Under the pieces are notes generated by a model, which was not told where the DNA came from, did no database searches, and saw only the letters and a list, made by a program, of their open reading frames with translations. A stretch of DNA of 64,000 nucleotides from Heterodontus francisci (lineage: Eukaryota), in contig NC_090399.1 in the NCBI RefSeq assembly GCF_036365525.1, positions 40,332,430-40,396,429 on the forward strand. The letters are read 5' to 3'. The position numbers and the translations under genes are program-made. Positions within the stretch are counted from its first letter, which is position 1. Each line of letters opens with the position of its first letter. Of this stretch, positions 35,928 to 49,547 are shown piece after piece.

Positions 35928-37088
35928 TCTACTTTGGCCTCCTTATCTCGAGAGACAATGGGTAAGCACCTAGAGGTGGTCAGTGGTTTGTGGAGCAGTG
36001 CCTGGAGTGGCTATGAAGGCCAATTCTAGAGTGACAGACTCTTCCACAGGCGCTGCAGATAAAATTGGTTGTTGGGGCTGTTATACAGTTGGCTCTCTCC
36101 TTGCACTTTCTGTCTCTTTTCCTGCCAACTGCTAAGTCTCTTCGACTCGCCTCTCTTTAGCCCCGCCTTGTGGTCAGTGTCGCAGGACTTCATGTCACAT
36201 TTGTCGAGGTCTTTAAAGCGGAGACATGGATGGCAGTTGGGTCTGATACCAGTGACTAGCTCACTGTATAATGCATCCTTGGGGATCCTGCCATCTTCCA
36301 TGCGGCTCACATGTCCAAGCCATCTCGAGTGCTGCTGGCTCAGTATGGCGTACGTGCTGGGGATGTTGGCTGCCTCAAGGACTTCTGCATTGGTGATACG
36401 GTCCTACTTTCTGATGCCAAGAATTCTCCGGAGACAGCATAGATGGAATGTGTTGAGACGTCACTCTTGGCTGACATACGTTGTCCAGGCCTCGCTGCCG
36501 TTGAGCAAGGTACTGAGACGCAGGCTTGAAACACTCGGACTTTTGTGTTCCGTGTCAGTGCTCCATTTTCCCACACCCTCTTGGTCAGTCTGGACATAGC
36601 AGCAGACGTCTTTCCCATGTGCTTTTTGATTTCTGCATCGAGAGACAGTTTACTGGTGATGTTGAGCCTAGGTAGGTGAACTCTTGAACCACTTCCAGAG
36701 CGTGGTCGCCAATATTTCTGACGTCCTGCCCCATGATTTTGATTTTCTTGAGGCTGATGGTTAGGCCAAATTCATTGAAGGCAGCTGCAATCCTGTCGAT
36801 GAGTCTGTGCAGACAGTCTTTCGTGTGGGATGTTCATGCAGCATCGTCAGAAAAGAGGAGTTCCCTGATGAACACCTTCCGTACTTTGGTCTTCGCTCTA
36901 AGATGGGCAAAGTTGAACAACCTGCCATCTGATCTTATGTGGAGGAAAATTCCTTCTTCTGAAGACTTGAACATGTGAGAGAGCAACAGTGAGAAGATCC
37001 CAAACAGTGTAGGTGCGAGAACACTGCTCTGTTTCACATCACTCAGGATGGGAAAGGGGTCTGATGAGGCACCGCTCTGCTGAATTGT
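35928..37088 (-). mobile_element. RTE 3' fragment with ~37-bp TSD
   Basis: Minus-strand RTE RT/3' motifs. GTCATCCT(G/A)GAGTAACACTGCTCCTACTC(C/G)T(G/A)CATCA occurs at 35891-35927 and 37089-37125. Confidence 0.9.
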
Positions 37089-39118
37089 GTCATCCTAGAG
37101 TAACACTGCTCCTACTCGTACATCACTGGCATCAATAGTTACCTTCAAGAGCTTGCCTAAATTTGGTGCCACTAGAATGGGCTCATTTTATTAAAATGGC
37201 CTTTAACTTTTCAAACACTATTTGACAGGATTCTGTCCACTGATCCTTCGCACCCTTTATTTTAAACAAAATCTTCAGTGAGGTAGCTACGTGCTGAAGT
37301 TGGGAATGAACTTCTGGTAGAACCCACACATCCCGAGGAATCGCAGTATCTCTGTTTTGTCTTGGGACTGGGAAGTCTATTATCGACTGAAGCTTAGCTT
37401 CTATAGACAACACTTGACCTTGACCCACAAACTTAGCCTTGGCAAACTTACTCTTTGCTAAGTTCACTACCAAATTGGCTTACTGTAACCTGTCGTACAG
37501 AACCTTAAGCATTCAACATGATCCTCCCAAGTGTCACTGTCTACCAACAGATCATCCAGGTATACAATGCATTTGCTCAGTCCAGCAATCATCTGGTTAG
37601 TCAACCTTTGAAATATGGCCAGTCCATTTTTCATACCAAAAGGCATGACCTTACCCTGAAATAGGCCATCTGGGGTCACAAAGACGGAAACACCTTTAGC
37701 TTGGGCGGTCAAGGGGATTTGCCAATAACCTTTTCAGCAAGTAATCTTGTTAATAAAGATGGAATTCCCCACTCTGTCAATATTATCCTCGAGTCATAGT
37801 TCTGGATAAGAGTCTGTTTTAGTTATGCACTGACTTTCTGATAATCAATACAAAATCTTTTGGAACCATCTGATTTTGGTACCAGCACAACTGGAGAACT
37901 CCAGCTACATTGACCGGGTTCATTTATATCATTCTTGAGCATTTATTGAATCTACTGTCCGGCCTGAGCCAATGTATGAGGATTGAGTCGATAAGGGTTC
38001 TGTTTAATGGGTGTAGCTGTCCCTACATCAACCTCATGAATAGCCAGAGTTCATCTGCACATACTGCTTTAAATGCTTAACAGCTCAACTGTATCATTTT
38101 TATGTTGTTCGGAAAGATAGTGTCGAACTGTATCTAAGCTTTCTAACACTTCTGTGTTTGCCAGTTTTACCGCAGGAGGTTCAATCTGAGAGTTCTCAGT
38201 GTCTGCCCCTTCATCCAGTTCATTAAAAATAACACTACCCTTATCCTCCTCTTCCGTCATTTGACATTCATTTACTGGCTGACAAGGTTCATGATCTTAG
38301 TATTTTTTACAACATATTCATGTGACACACCGTTTTACCTTTCCATCTATCTGGGGTACTAACTAGTTCACCTCATTGAGTTTCCTCTTCATGAAGTAAG
38401 GTCCACTGAACCTAGTTTTATTCACTTTGCCTGGGGAACCATTGAAAGCAAACAGCTTGTCTCCAGGCTGCAAACTTTATGCCTCAGCTATTCTATCTGC
38501 TTGGGTTTTCATCACTTGCTGACAAATCTTTATGTTCTCTGGCCATCTCTCAAACTTTTGTGAGTCTTTGTTGAAATTCTGACACATAGGCAGGGATTTT
38601 ACCCTAGGCGGACGGAATCGTCCACTGACTGAAAAGTCGGTGGCGAACCCACTTCCTCCTGGCCTGGGGATCCGTCCCGTATTTTGCGGGTCCCCGGGCT
38701 TTAATTAGTTTGAGGCGGGACTTCCACCCACTTGAAGTAGGAAGTCCCGCCTAATGGAGCTGCCGGCCAATCAGAGGACAGGCAGATCTCTGTCCTAATA
38801 TCGCAAAGATGATATGGGTGAACACTGGAACGCAAGTAAGTTTTTTGTTGCCACACCGGGGTGATTGTTCGGCCCCCGGTGAGGCCAGGGTGGTTGAATG
38901 AGGGGACGAGGGGCAGGTTGGGGCTGGTTGGGACATCAGGGGTGGCCTTTCATTGGGCACAGGGTGCCTGATCATGAGGGCCTCCCCACCCCCACCCCCC
39001 ACAGGCCATCAGAAAGCCACCTGCTTTTGTCATGTGGCTTTTCTCTGGTCTAGGACGCCCGCTTGCCACATGTAAAATCCACGTGGAGGCAGGCGAAGGC
39101 CCTTAAGTGGCTGTTAAC

Positions 39119-40155
39119 AAAGGAAGATGGTTGTGGTTGTTGAAGGTCAATCATCTGAGCTCCAGGACATCACTGCAGGAGTTCCTCAGGGTAGTGTCCT
39201 AGGCCCAACCATCTTCAGCTGCTTCATCAATGACCTTCCTTCAATCATAAGGTATGACGTGGGGATGTGCGCTGATGATTGCACAATGTTCTGCACCATT
39301 CGCGACTCCTCAGATACTGAAGCAGTCTGTGTAGAAATGCAGCAAGACCTGGACAATATCCAGGCTTGGGCTGATAAGTAGCAAGTACCATTTGTGCCAC
39401 ACAAGTGCCAGGTAATGACCATCTCCGGCAGGAGAGAATCTAACCATCTCCCCTTGACATTCAATGGCATTACCATCGCTGAATCCTCCACTATCACCAT
39501 TTTGGGGGTTACCATTGACCAGAAACTGAACTGGAGTAGCCATATAAATACCATGGCTGCAAGAGCATGTCAGAGGCTAGGAACTCTGCAGCGAGTAACT
39601 CACCTCCTGACTCACCAAAGCCTGTTCACCATCCACAAGGCACACGTCAGGAGTGTGATGGAATACTCTCCACTTGCCTGGATGGGTGCAGCTCCAACAA
39701 CACTCAAACTCGACACCATCCAAGACAAAGCAGCCCGCTTGATTGGCACCCCATCTACAAACATTCACTCCCTCCACCACTGACACACAGCAGCAGCTGT
39801 GTGTGCCATCTACAAGATGCACTGCAGCAACGCACCAACGCTCCTTAGACAGCACCTTCCAAACCTGTGACCTCTACCACCTAGAAGGACAAGGGCAGCA
39901 AATGCATGGGAACACCACCACCTGCAAGTTCCCCTCCAAGCCACACACCATCCAGACTTGGAACTATATTGCCGTTCCTTCACTGTTGCTGGGTCAAAAT
40001 CCTGGAACTCCCTTCCTAACAGCACTGTGGGTACAGCTATCTTTTATGGACTGCAGCGGTTCAAGAAGGCAGTTCACCACCTTGAGAGCAATTAGGAATG
40101 GGCAATAAATGCGGGCCGAGCCAGCGACGCCCACATCCCATGAATGAATAAAAAA
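39119..40155 (+). mobile_element. 5'-truncated copy of the CR1-group LINE family of 5701-8910
   Basis: GVPQGSVLGPTIFSCFIND, CADD and the same 3' tail. Confidence 0.9.
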
Positions 40156-40257
40156 ATACTTAAGGGCCTTGATTGGCCCGGGGCTGGCGGGCTTTTTTTC
40201 ACCGCGACTGCCCTGTGTATAGTGACGGTAGAGGGGGAAGGGGGTCGGTAAGGGTCC

Positions 40258-43021
40258 CACAGAATCACAGATTACAGAATAATACAGTGCAGAAGAGGCC
40301 CTTCAGCCCGTCGAGTCTGCACCAATGCATTAAAACACCTGACCTGTCTACCTAATCCCATTTGCCAGCACTTGGCCCATAGCCTTGAAAGTTATGACGT
40401 GCCAAGTGCTCATCCAGGTACCACCCTCCGAACAGGGCATTCCAGACCATCACCACCCTCTGGGTAAAAAAGTTCTTCCTCAAATCCCCCTTAAACCTCC
40501 CGCCCCTCACCTTAAACTTGTGATCCTTCGTAACAGACCTTTCAACTAAGGGGAACAGCTTCTCCCTATCCACCCTGTCCATGCCCCTCATAATCTTGTA
40601 CACCTCGATCAGGTCACCCCTCAGTCTTCTCTGCCCCAGTGAACAACCCAAGCCTATCCAACCTCTCTTCATAACTTAAATGTTCCATCCCAGGCACCAT
40701 CCTGGTGAATCGCCTCTGCACCCCCTCCAATGCAATCATATCCTTCCGAAAATGTGGCGACCAGAATTGCACACAGTACTCCAGCTGTGGCCTTACCAAA
40801 GTTCTATACAACTCCAACATAACCTCCCTGATTTTGTAATCTATGCCTCGATTGATAAAGGCAAGTTTCCCATATGCCTTTTTCACCACCCTATTAAACT
40901 GCCCTTCTGCCTTCAGAAGATCTATGGACAAACACGCCAAGGTCCCTTTGTTGCTCGGAACTTCCCACTGTCAGGCCATTCATTGAATACTTCCATGTCA
41001 CATTACTCCTTCCAAAGTGTATCACCTCACACTTTTCAGCGTTCAATTCCATCTGCCACTTTTCTGCCCATGTGACCATCCTGTCTATATCTTCCTGTAA
41101 CCTAAGACACTCCACCTCACTGTTAACCACTCGGCCAATCTTTGTGTCATCCGCGAACTTACTGATCCTACCCTCCACATAGTCATCTATGTTGTTTATA
41201 TAAATGACAAACAATAGGGGACCCAGCACAGATCCCTGTGTCACGCCACTGGACACTGGCTTCCAGTCACGAAAACAGCCGTCTGTCATCACTCTCTGTC
41301 TCCTACAGCTAAGCCAATTTGGAATCCACCTTATCAAGTTACCTTGTAACCCATGTGCATTTGCTTTCTTGATAAGTCTCCCATGTGGGACCTTGTCAAA
41401 GGCTTTGCTGAAATCCAGGTAAACTACATCAACTGCACTACCTTCATCTACACACCTGGTCACCTGCTGAAAAAATTCAATCAAATTTGATGGGCATGAC
41501 CTCCCTCTGACAAAGCCATGCTGACTATTCCTAATCAAATTATGCCTCTCCAAGTGGAGATAGATTCTCTCCTTCAGAATTTTCTCCAATAGTTTCCCTA
41601 CCACTGACATGAGACTCACTGGTCTATAGTTCCCTGGCTTATCTCTACAACCTTTCTTAAATAGTGGGTCCTCATTAGCTATTCTCCAGCTCTCTGGCAC
41701 CTCCCCCGTGGCCAGAGAGGAATTAAAAATTAGGGTCAGAGCCCCTGCAATCGTCACCCTCACCTCCCACAGCATCCTGGGACACAAATCGTCCGGACCT
41801 GGAGATTTGTCCACTTTTAAGCCTGCCAAAACCTCCAATACCTTGTCACTCCCTATGACAATTTGCTCAAGAACCTCACAGCCTCTCTCTCTAAGTTCCA
41901 TATCTGCATCCTCTTTCTCTTGGGTGAAGACAGATGTCAAGTATTCGTTCAACACCCTACCAATGTCGTCTGGCTCCACCCACAAATTTTCCTCTTGGTC
42001 CCTAACGGGTCCTACTCTTTCCCTGGTTATCCTCTTCCCATTGATATACTTATAGAATATCTTGGGATTTTCCCTACTTTTACCAGCCAGAGCTTTCTCG
42101 TATCCCCTCTTTGCTCTCCTAATTGCTTTCTTAAGCTCCATCCTACACTTTCTGTACTCCACTAATGCTTCCATTGATTTGCTCTCCTTGTATTTGCTAA
42201 AAGCCTCACTTTTCCTTCTCATCGTACCCTGAATGTTTCTGGTCATCCATGGTTCTCTGGTCTTGTTGCTTCCCTAGAGGGACATGTTGGGCCTGTACCC
42301 TCCCCATTTCCTTTTTGAATGCACCCCACTGTTCTTCTGTAGATTTCCCGACAAGTAACTCTTTCCAGTCTACCTTGGCCAGATCCTGCCTTATTTTACT
42401 AAAATTCGCTCTTCCCCCAATCCAAAACCTTTTTTTGCAACTTGTCCATTTCTTTCTCCATAAAAAGATTAAATTGTACCATGTTGTGGTCGCTATCACC
42501 AAAATGCACCCCCACCAACACATCAACCACCTGTCCGGCTTCATTCCCCAGAATTAGGTCCAGCACTGCACCCTCCCTTGTTGGATCCTCTACATATTGA
42601 GCTAAAAAGTTCTCCTGTATACATTTTAAGAACTCCATTCCATCTAAGCCCTTAACACGATGACTATCCCAATTAATGTTGGGAAAGTTGAAATCACCTA
42701 ATATTATTACCCTATTATTTTTACACACCTCTGCAAATTGTGCACATATTTGCTCCTCAATTTCCCGCTGACTATCTGGGGGTCTATAATAAACACCTAG
42801 CAATGTGGCTGTCCCTTTTTTATTCCTAAACTCTACCCATAAAGCTTCATTTGATGCCCCCTCCAAGATATCATCTCTCCTTACTGCATTAACTGACTCC
42901 TTAACTAATATTGCAATGCCCCCTCCTCTTTTACCCCCTCCTCTGTCTTGCCTGAAGATTCTATATCCTGGGATATTGAGCTGCCAATCCTGCCCCTCCC
43001 TCAACCATGTCTCCGTGATGG
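40258..43021 (-). mobile_element. CR1-type LINE ORF2, same family as 1802-5205
   Basis: 450-aa RT ORF at 40894-42246 plus EN segment, highly similar to 1802-5205; (CACAGAAT)n tail. Confidence 0.92.
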
Positions 43022-43548
43022 CCCCCCGACACCTTCCCACTCTTTGGGGTGTAAAATTCAGCCCATATTCTAAGAGGGTAGTTTCCTCTTCCTGTGCTAC
43101 AAATCTCCCCTTAATGAGTTTAAGGGGACCCCTAACTTCATGCCCATTGACCAATTCAGATGGACTGAAACCAGTGGATTCATTGTCCCTGGAGGCAAAT
43201 AATAAAAATGATATCCCTTTTATACCAATCATGAGGATACGCAAAAATTTAGGTCTTTATCGTACTTTTTATGGTTTGGTGATGCCTTTCCAAAGCACCT
43301 TGGAACTGCAGACGATTTGAGTTGTTTCACTCCCAAATTACTGTGATCTCTTGAAATACCCTGACATGAAATTTGACCCCTGATCCGATTGAATTTCTTT
43401 TGGCAATCCATGTCTAGTGAAAAACTGAATTAACTCATTAATCACAACTTTCACAGTGATCTTTTTCAAAGCAATTGCCTGTGGAAACCTAGTGGGCAAA
43501 TCCATAATGGTTAGGAGAAACTTGTGACCTGACTTAGTTGTAGGTAAG

Positions 43549-46500
43549 TGTTATGACTGCTCAGGACAAAGCCTACAATCAAAATGTGATTCTGATTGCC
43601 GTGGGAGCAACGCACTGTTAATTCAGTCTCATCACTCCGCAGGTCACGTCATAATTCTTAAAGCTTTCCAAATTGGGAAAAATACCCAGCCAAATTGAAC
43701 AATCTAGTAACCCCTAAATGAAGCGAACCAAACCAGGTATCTTTAGATATCAACAAATTCAGATTTTAGTTTTTTTAACAAATAGTAAAACACTACTAAG
43801 ATAAACCAATATCTAAAGACTTTATAACTAATTTAAAAATCTAACTCATGTATTCGCATACATATACTAAAAATTAACAGTGGTTCGAGTTTTAAAAGAA
43901 TGTAGATTTGATAAGTAGCTTTTCTCCGAAATAAAACAAATACACCAGTCTTTGTAAGTTACGTTCCTGATGAATGGTCTTCTAATACAACACGGTCAAA
44001 GTTCACTTGCAGTCTTCCAAGGTCCGATGAAAACAGGGTCCTTCCAAAGATAGAAATTCAGCAGTTCAGTTCTGCAATTGTAACATAAACACAGCAATAC
44101 TGATACTAAAAGAAAGAAAAGTTTTTCTTATTTTTCTTAGGGAATTAATTATCTTGACTTTGTAGAATCTTGAGAGAGAAATAACACAGCTTTTTTCCCT
44201 TCAGTTTAAATTGGCTGAGAGCACTCCTCCTCCCTTCAATTGCTGAAACAGTCTGTCTCTGCCAGCCAGTTTTCAAAAGTCAAATTGCAATATTGACTCT
44301 CATGTCTTCTCTCTCTCTCTGGCTGTTGCTTGGCAACCAGAATGCACCCTGGCTCACTGTGCCTCTGTGAAGAGCTCTTAAAGGTGCACTGTTCCTCTTA
44401 CAGTCTGAAAGGCGCACCACAATATTTCCGAGGAGAAAAAAAAACACAGGACCGTGACACCTCTGCCCTTGGCGAAATGAAACGCCATTCCCAAAATGCA
44501 TTTCATTACAATGCAAAAAATAGAAATTGGAAAAACACCAATTTTTTTCCCACATTTACGCACCATTCACTCTACTAATAATTTACAGCATTTGCTTTAT
44601 ACCATCACCATCTATGAGCTAATATGGTTAAATCCGTGTCAAAGCATTGGCGATAACATTTTTCCTCAAAATATGTAAACAATTCTCTAAAATGATCAGA
44701 CTGCAGCAATAAGTTCCATCAAAACATTTTTGGCTTTAAATCTTACAAGGAGTTTCCCAATTATCCCATTTCAGCCTTCCAAACACAGTCTCCCAGGTGT
44801 TTGGTGTTTTCCTTCCAAGTGTCCCTATTGTCCATCACCTCAGCCAGGTGAGCTGCACAGCCAGCAGCACTGATCGCTACTGGGTTCACTATTCTCTGAG
44901 AAGTTTCCTGAATACCCCTTAACCTGTGTGACATCACTTGATACTGGAAAACCCATCGGTGTAACAGAAGCTGACTTTTCCTTATCTTGGGTTGTCAAAG
45001 GAATTTGACAATATCCCTCCAACACATCTGTCTCTTTAAGACACATGGTGTTGCCCACTCTGTTCGTACAATCTTTAAATGAGAATTCGGGTAGGAGTCT
45101 GCCGGCTTTACCGCAATTACTTTTCTATAGTCTATGCAAGTTTGAGCCGACCTACAAACTCTTTTAAATGTTGTGAAAAGCCTGGTTAGGTTTTCACGCC
45201 GTTTTGCCTCTATGTATAAAAGGATATTGTCTAATTTTCCTAGCCATTCTGTATTCACTAATCTGATAGTTGAAGGTACAATCTGAGAATTTCCTAGGCC
45301 TGCTTCTGCCTCATCCTCACTATCCGTTTCCTTCTGAACAGTCCCGATTACCTGACATACCTGTACTGGCTTATCCTCCTCCCTGAGATAATATTGCTTC
45401 AGCATGTTGATGTGACACAACCGGTTCTTCTGGCAATCAGGGGTGTCAATCAAGTAATCTACTTTATCCGCTCTTTTGATCACTCTATATGGGCCGCTAA
45501 CCCATGCTTCTAATGGTTTTCCCTGCAACGGTAACACTGATACTTCATCCCCTAGTTGAAAATCACAGGCTCTTGCATTCTTGTCTGCCTATTCTTATTA
45601 GCTTGGAATGCTTTCTGGTGTTCCTGAGCTACACCACAAACTTCCATGACCCTTTCCAGGAACACAGATGCATAGTCCAGTATCAAAGATTCATTCTTTT
45701 GTTTCAAGAATCAGTCTTTTATAAGTTTTAGCAGACCTCTTCATCTCGGTAAACCGCTGAGTCTCTGGTGGCAAATAAAATAAAATCTTGTCCTTTATCC
45801 CAGTCACGTGGATATTTATGACAGTATGTTCCAATCATTGTTTTAAGAGTTTGGTGAAATCTCTGGAAAGCTCCCTGTGACTGTGGGTGATATGCTGAAG
45901 ATCTCAACTGTCTAATCCCCAAATTGCCAGTGACTTCTTGAAATATCTTTGACATGAAATTAGAACCTTGATGTGATTGAACTTCAAATGGTAACACATA
46001 ATCTTATAAAGAATTGGGTTAACTTTTCTACTACTGTTCTAGCAGTTAATTGTCCTCAAAGGACTGGCCTCTGGAAATCGGACAGCCATATCTGTGATGG
46101 GAAGTATGTATTGATGCCCCGCTTATGTTTTTGGCAAGGGTCGTACATAGTCTACTAAAATCCTGATAAATGGCCCCTCAATCACTGGTTGGGAACTAAT
46201 GGTGCTGGTTTTATGGTGGATTGTGATTTTCCCACCATTTGACATGTATGGCGTGTCCTACAAAATTGTCTAACATTCTTTGTAAGAACTTGCCAGTAGT
46301 AATGTTGGCTTATGATGATTTGGTCTTCCGAATTCCCCCATATCCTGCAAAAGGATTGTCATATGCTACCTTTAATAATCCTTGGTGATATTTAGATGGT
46401 ACCACTATCTGTGGCTCAACAACTGTCCAGTCTTCGTCTGCAGGTCTGTGAGGTGGTCTCCATTTCCTCCTCAAAACCCCATTTGCCATATAATAGCCTT

Positions 46501-49500
46501 CCGGAACTCCTTTCCCCTCAGCTTCTGTCAGACTGTCTGTGCCATTCGGTATATCTCTGGATCAGCTTGCTGTACTGCAATGATAGAGAATCTGTTAAAC
46601 ATCTCATTTGGATTATCTAAATCCCCAATAAGGTTTCAGATACTTGGCTATCTGTTTGTGGTGCACCTTTTACGTCTGTTTAGCCATTGCTCTGATGACT
46701 ACAGACGCAGGAAATATTCCTGGAACTTGTTCCTGTAATTGTTCAGTTTCCTTAATTTCACTCGGTTCCTCTGTAATTATAGGAGGAACTGATACTTTTG
46801 ATCCAGCCAAATCATTTCCTAAGAGTAGATCAATTCCCTTTTCTGGCAAACTGTGGACAACTCCTACCGTTATTATCCAGATACTAAGTCACTGTCTAGG
46901 TGTACTTTATATAAAGATACGGGTATATAGTCCCTGCCAATTCCATTAACTGAAACTTTAGCATTCAAGGCGCTCTCTGGCGGAAGCATTATATCTTTCT
47001 CCAGCAAGAATGTTTTCCTGCCTCACCTACAGGATATGGAGTTACTTTCCCCTTTGACAAAAATTCATTATAACTCCTGGATGTTTTATTCTTAACCTCT
47101 ACACTTTTAGTTTTACTATCTAGTTTCACAACTGTTGTTAAGCTATAGTTTGATCTGCTCTACACTCAGTCAGAGTCTTTTCCTCTGCACTAGCTTTGCA
47201 TACCCCAACAAGTCCTATGAGTTTACCTCTCTCTTTCCAGCATTCTGAATGAAGATGACCCGTTTTGTGGCAATGATAACACTTTGGCTTGCGAACCTCA
47301 TTTCTACCCTCAGCACCTTCCTTTCTTACCTGAGGAGGTGATCCTGGGGCATTCCCAGCTGTTCCTTCTTGTCCCCGGCTATTTGCCTTCCTTTCGCTCT
47401 CCCACATTCTATCCTTCTCGGGGTTATGGGGGTGACAGACAAAAGGTTTTGGCTTATTCACAAGCTCAAAATCATCACTTTCTGCTGTTTGCCTAGCTTT
47501 TAAAACTTTCAGGTTATCTACATGAGTTCTCACGACTGAAGGAATGGAGTTTTTAAACGCTTCTCAATGAATCCACTCCCGAAGGTTCTCATATGTGGTT
47601 TCCATCTTTAACACATACCCAACGGTCAAAAGTAATTTGTTTCACCCTCTCAAATTCTGCCTATGTCTGCCCAGCCAGTCTCCATTAGTTCAAAACTTGT
47701 GATGGTAAGCTTTAGGGACTAACTCATATACAGCGAGAATAGCCTTTTTTGCCATCTCATAATCTGTAGAAGCCTCTTCAGGAAACATGGCATAAACTTC
47801 ATGAGCTCTGCCCATCATCCTGCTTTGCATAAGCAGTGTTCGGCTTTCCTTCGGCCATTTCAGCTGTTTGGCTATTTTTTCAGAAGATATGAAAAAAGCT
47901 TCTACGTCCCTTTCCTCGAACTTAGGAAGAGCCTGTATAAATTTAAACAGCTTTTTGCTGGGTCCTGAGCTGAATTCAGATTCTTCCTGAACCGAATTTT
48001 CCTTGGATTCAAGACTACTCCTTTGTCTTAGTTCCATCTCTTTTAACTTAAATTCCCTCTCTTCTCTTTCACTTTTTCTCTGAAGTTCACGTTTTCTTCT
48101 TGCTATTGCTTTTTTCTGTTTCCTGTTGGAACTCCAATTTTTTCATTTCTAACTGAGTCGTAGCCAATTCCAGTGCATTACCCTCTGACTTGCCACCTTC
48201 TTGTATTTCATCTTCTCCTCCTTCTAATTCCAGATGTTCGGCTATTAAGTCAATTATCTCTGCTTTTTTGGTACCTGATTTCAATTCTAACCCAATTTTG
48301 CGGCCGTTCTTTTAATTTATTCTTGGATAATGTTATCAAGTCACTGAGGGAAGCATTCTGCTTTCCCAAAAACTCTTCTGCAACCGTTAATGCCATTACT
48401 ATGGTAAGAGACCTTGCTCTTTATATTTCTTCATAATTGCCGTTAGATTTAGATCACAACAATCGAGTTTCCAATTGATATGTTCCCAGACGCGAGAACA
48501 ATTAATATGATTCCAAAAGCAAGTCCTCCAAATAAGTCTGATTCTAATCCCAGGCGCAAGCCGCCTAATTAAAATATGATTTGATCGCGGATGAGCCTGC
48601 AGTTAAAATATATAACGACCGTTCAGGACAAAGCCCCCAATCAAAATATATGATTCTGATTGTGCTGGGAGCTATGCACTGTCAATTCAGTCCCAACACT
48701 CCACAGGTTGCATCATACTTCAAGCTTTCCAAATGGGGGAAAAAACAGCCAAATTGAACAATCTAGTAACCCCCAAATGAAGCGAACCAAACCAGGTATC
48801 TTTAGATATCAACAAATTAACTATTAATTTAAAAAAAAACTAAAATCTTAAACGCTAAGATAAACCAATATCCAAAGACCTTAGACCTTATTTAAATATC
48901 TAACTCCCACAATCGCATACATATATTAAAAATTAACAGTGGTTCAGGTTTTAAAAGAATTTTATAAGTAGCTTTTCTCAGAAATAAAACAAATAAGTCT
49001 TTGTAAGTTACGTTCCTGACGAATGGTCTTCTACTGCAACACGGTCAAAGTTCGCTTGCAGTCTTCCAAGATCCGATGAAAAAAGGGTCCTTGCAAAGAT
49101 AGGAACTCAGTTCAGTTCAGCAGTTGTAGCATAAACTGTCCTTTCAGTGATAAACAGAGCAATGCTGATACTTTGTTAAGAAATAAAAGCTTTTCTTACT
49201 TTTTTTAGGGAATTAATTTGGCTTGACTTTGTCGAATTTTCTTGAGATAAATAACACTGCTCTTTTCGCTTCAGTTGGAATAATCTCAGAGAGCTGTCCT
49301 CCATTCAATTGCTGAAATAGTCTGTCTCTGCAAACCATTGTTAGCCAGCCAGTTTCAAAAATCAAAGTACAATATTGAATCTCGTGTCTTCTTTCTCTGT
49401 GTGGCTGTTGCTTGGCAAACAGAATGCATCCTGGCTCACTGTGCCTCTGTGGACAGTTCTTAAAGGTGCACTGTTCCTTTTACAGTCTGAAAGGTGGACC

Positions 49501-49547
49501 GCAATATTTCCGAGGAGAGAAGAAAAAAATAACACAGGACCTTGATA
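43549..49547 (-). mobile_element. Gmr1-like Gypsy element with both LTRs (43549-44459 and 48611-49547), TAAG TSD, nested in the integrase of the outer Gypsy
   Basis: Two ~0.9-kb similar LTRs; TAAG at 43545-43548 and 49548-49551; PPT-like CCTCTGCCC beside 44459. Gag (LPKFEERDVEAFF, CYHCHKTGHLHSEC), integrase (QSHQGSNF, SSAYHPQSQG, GPY) and a partial RT downstream of the integrase. Confidence 0.9.
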
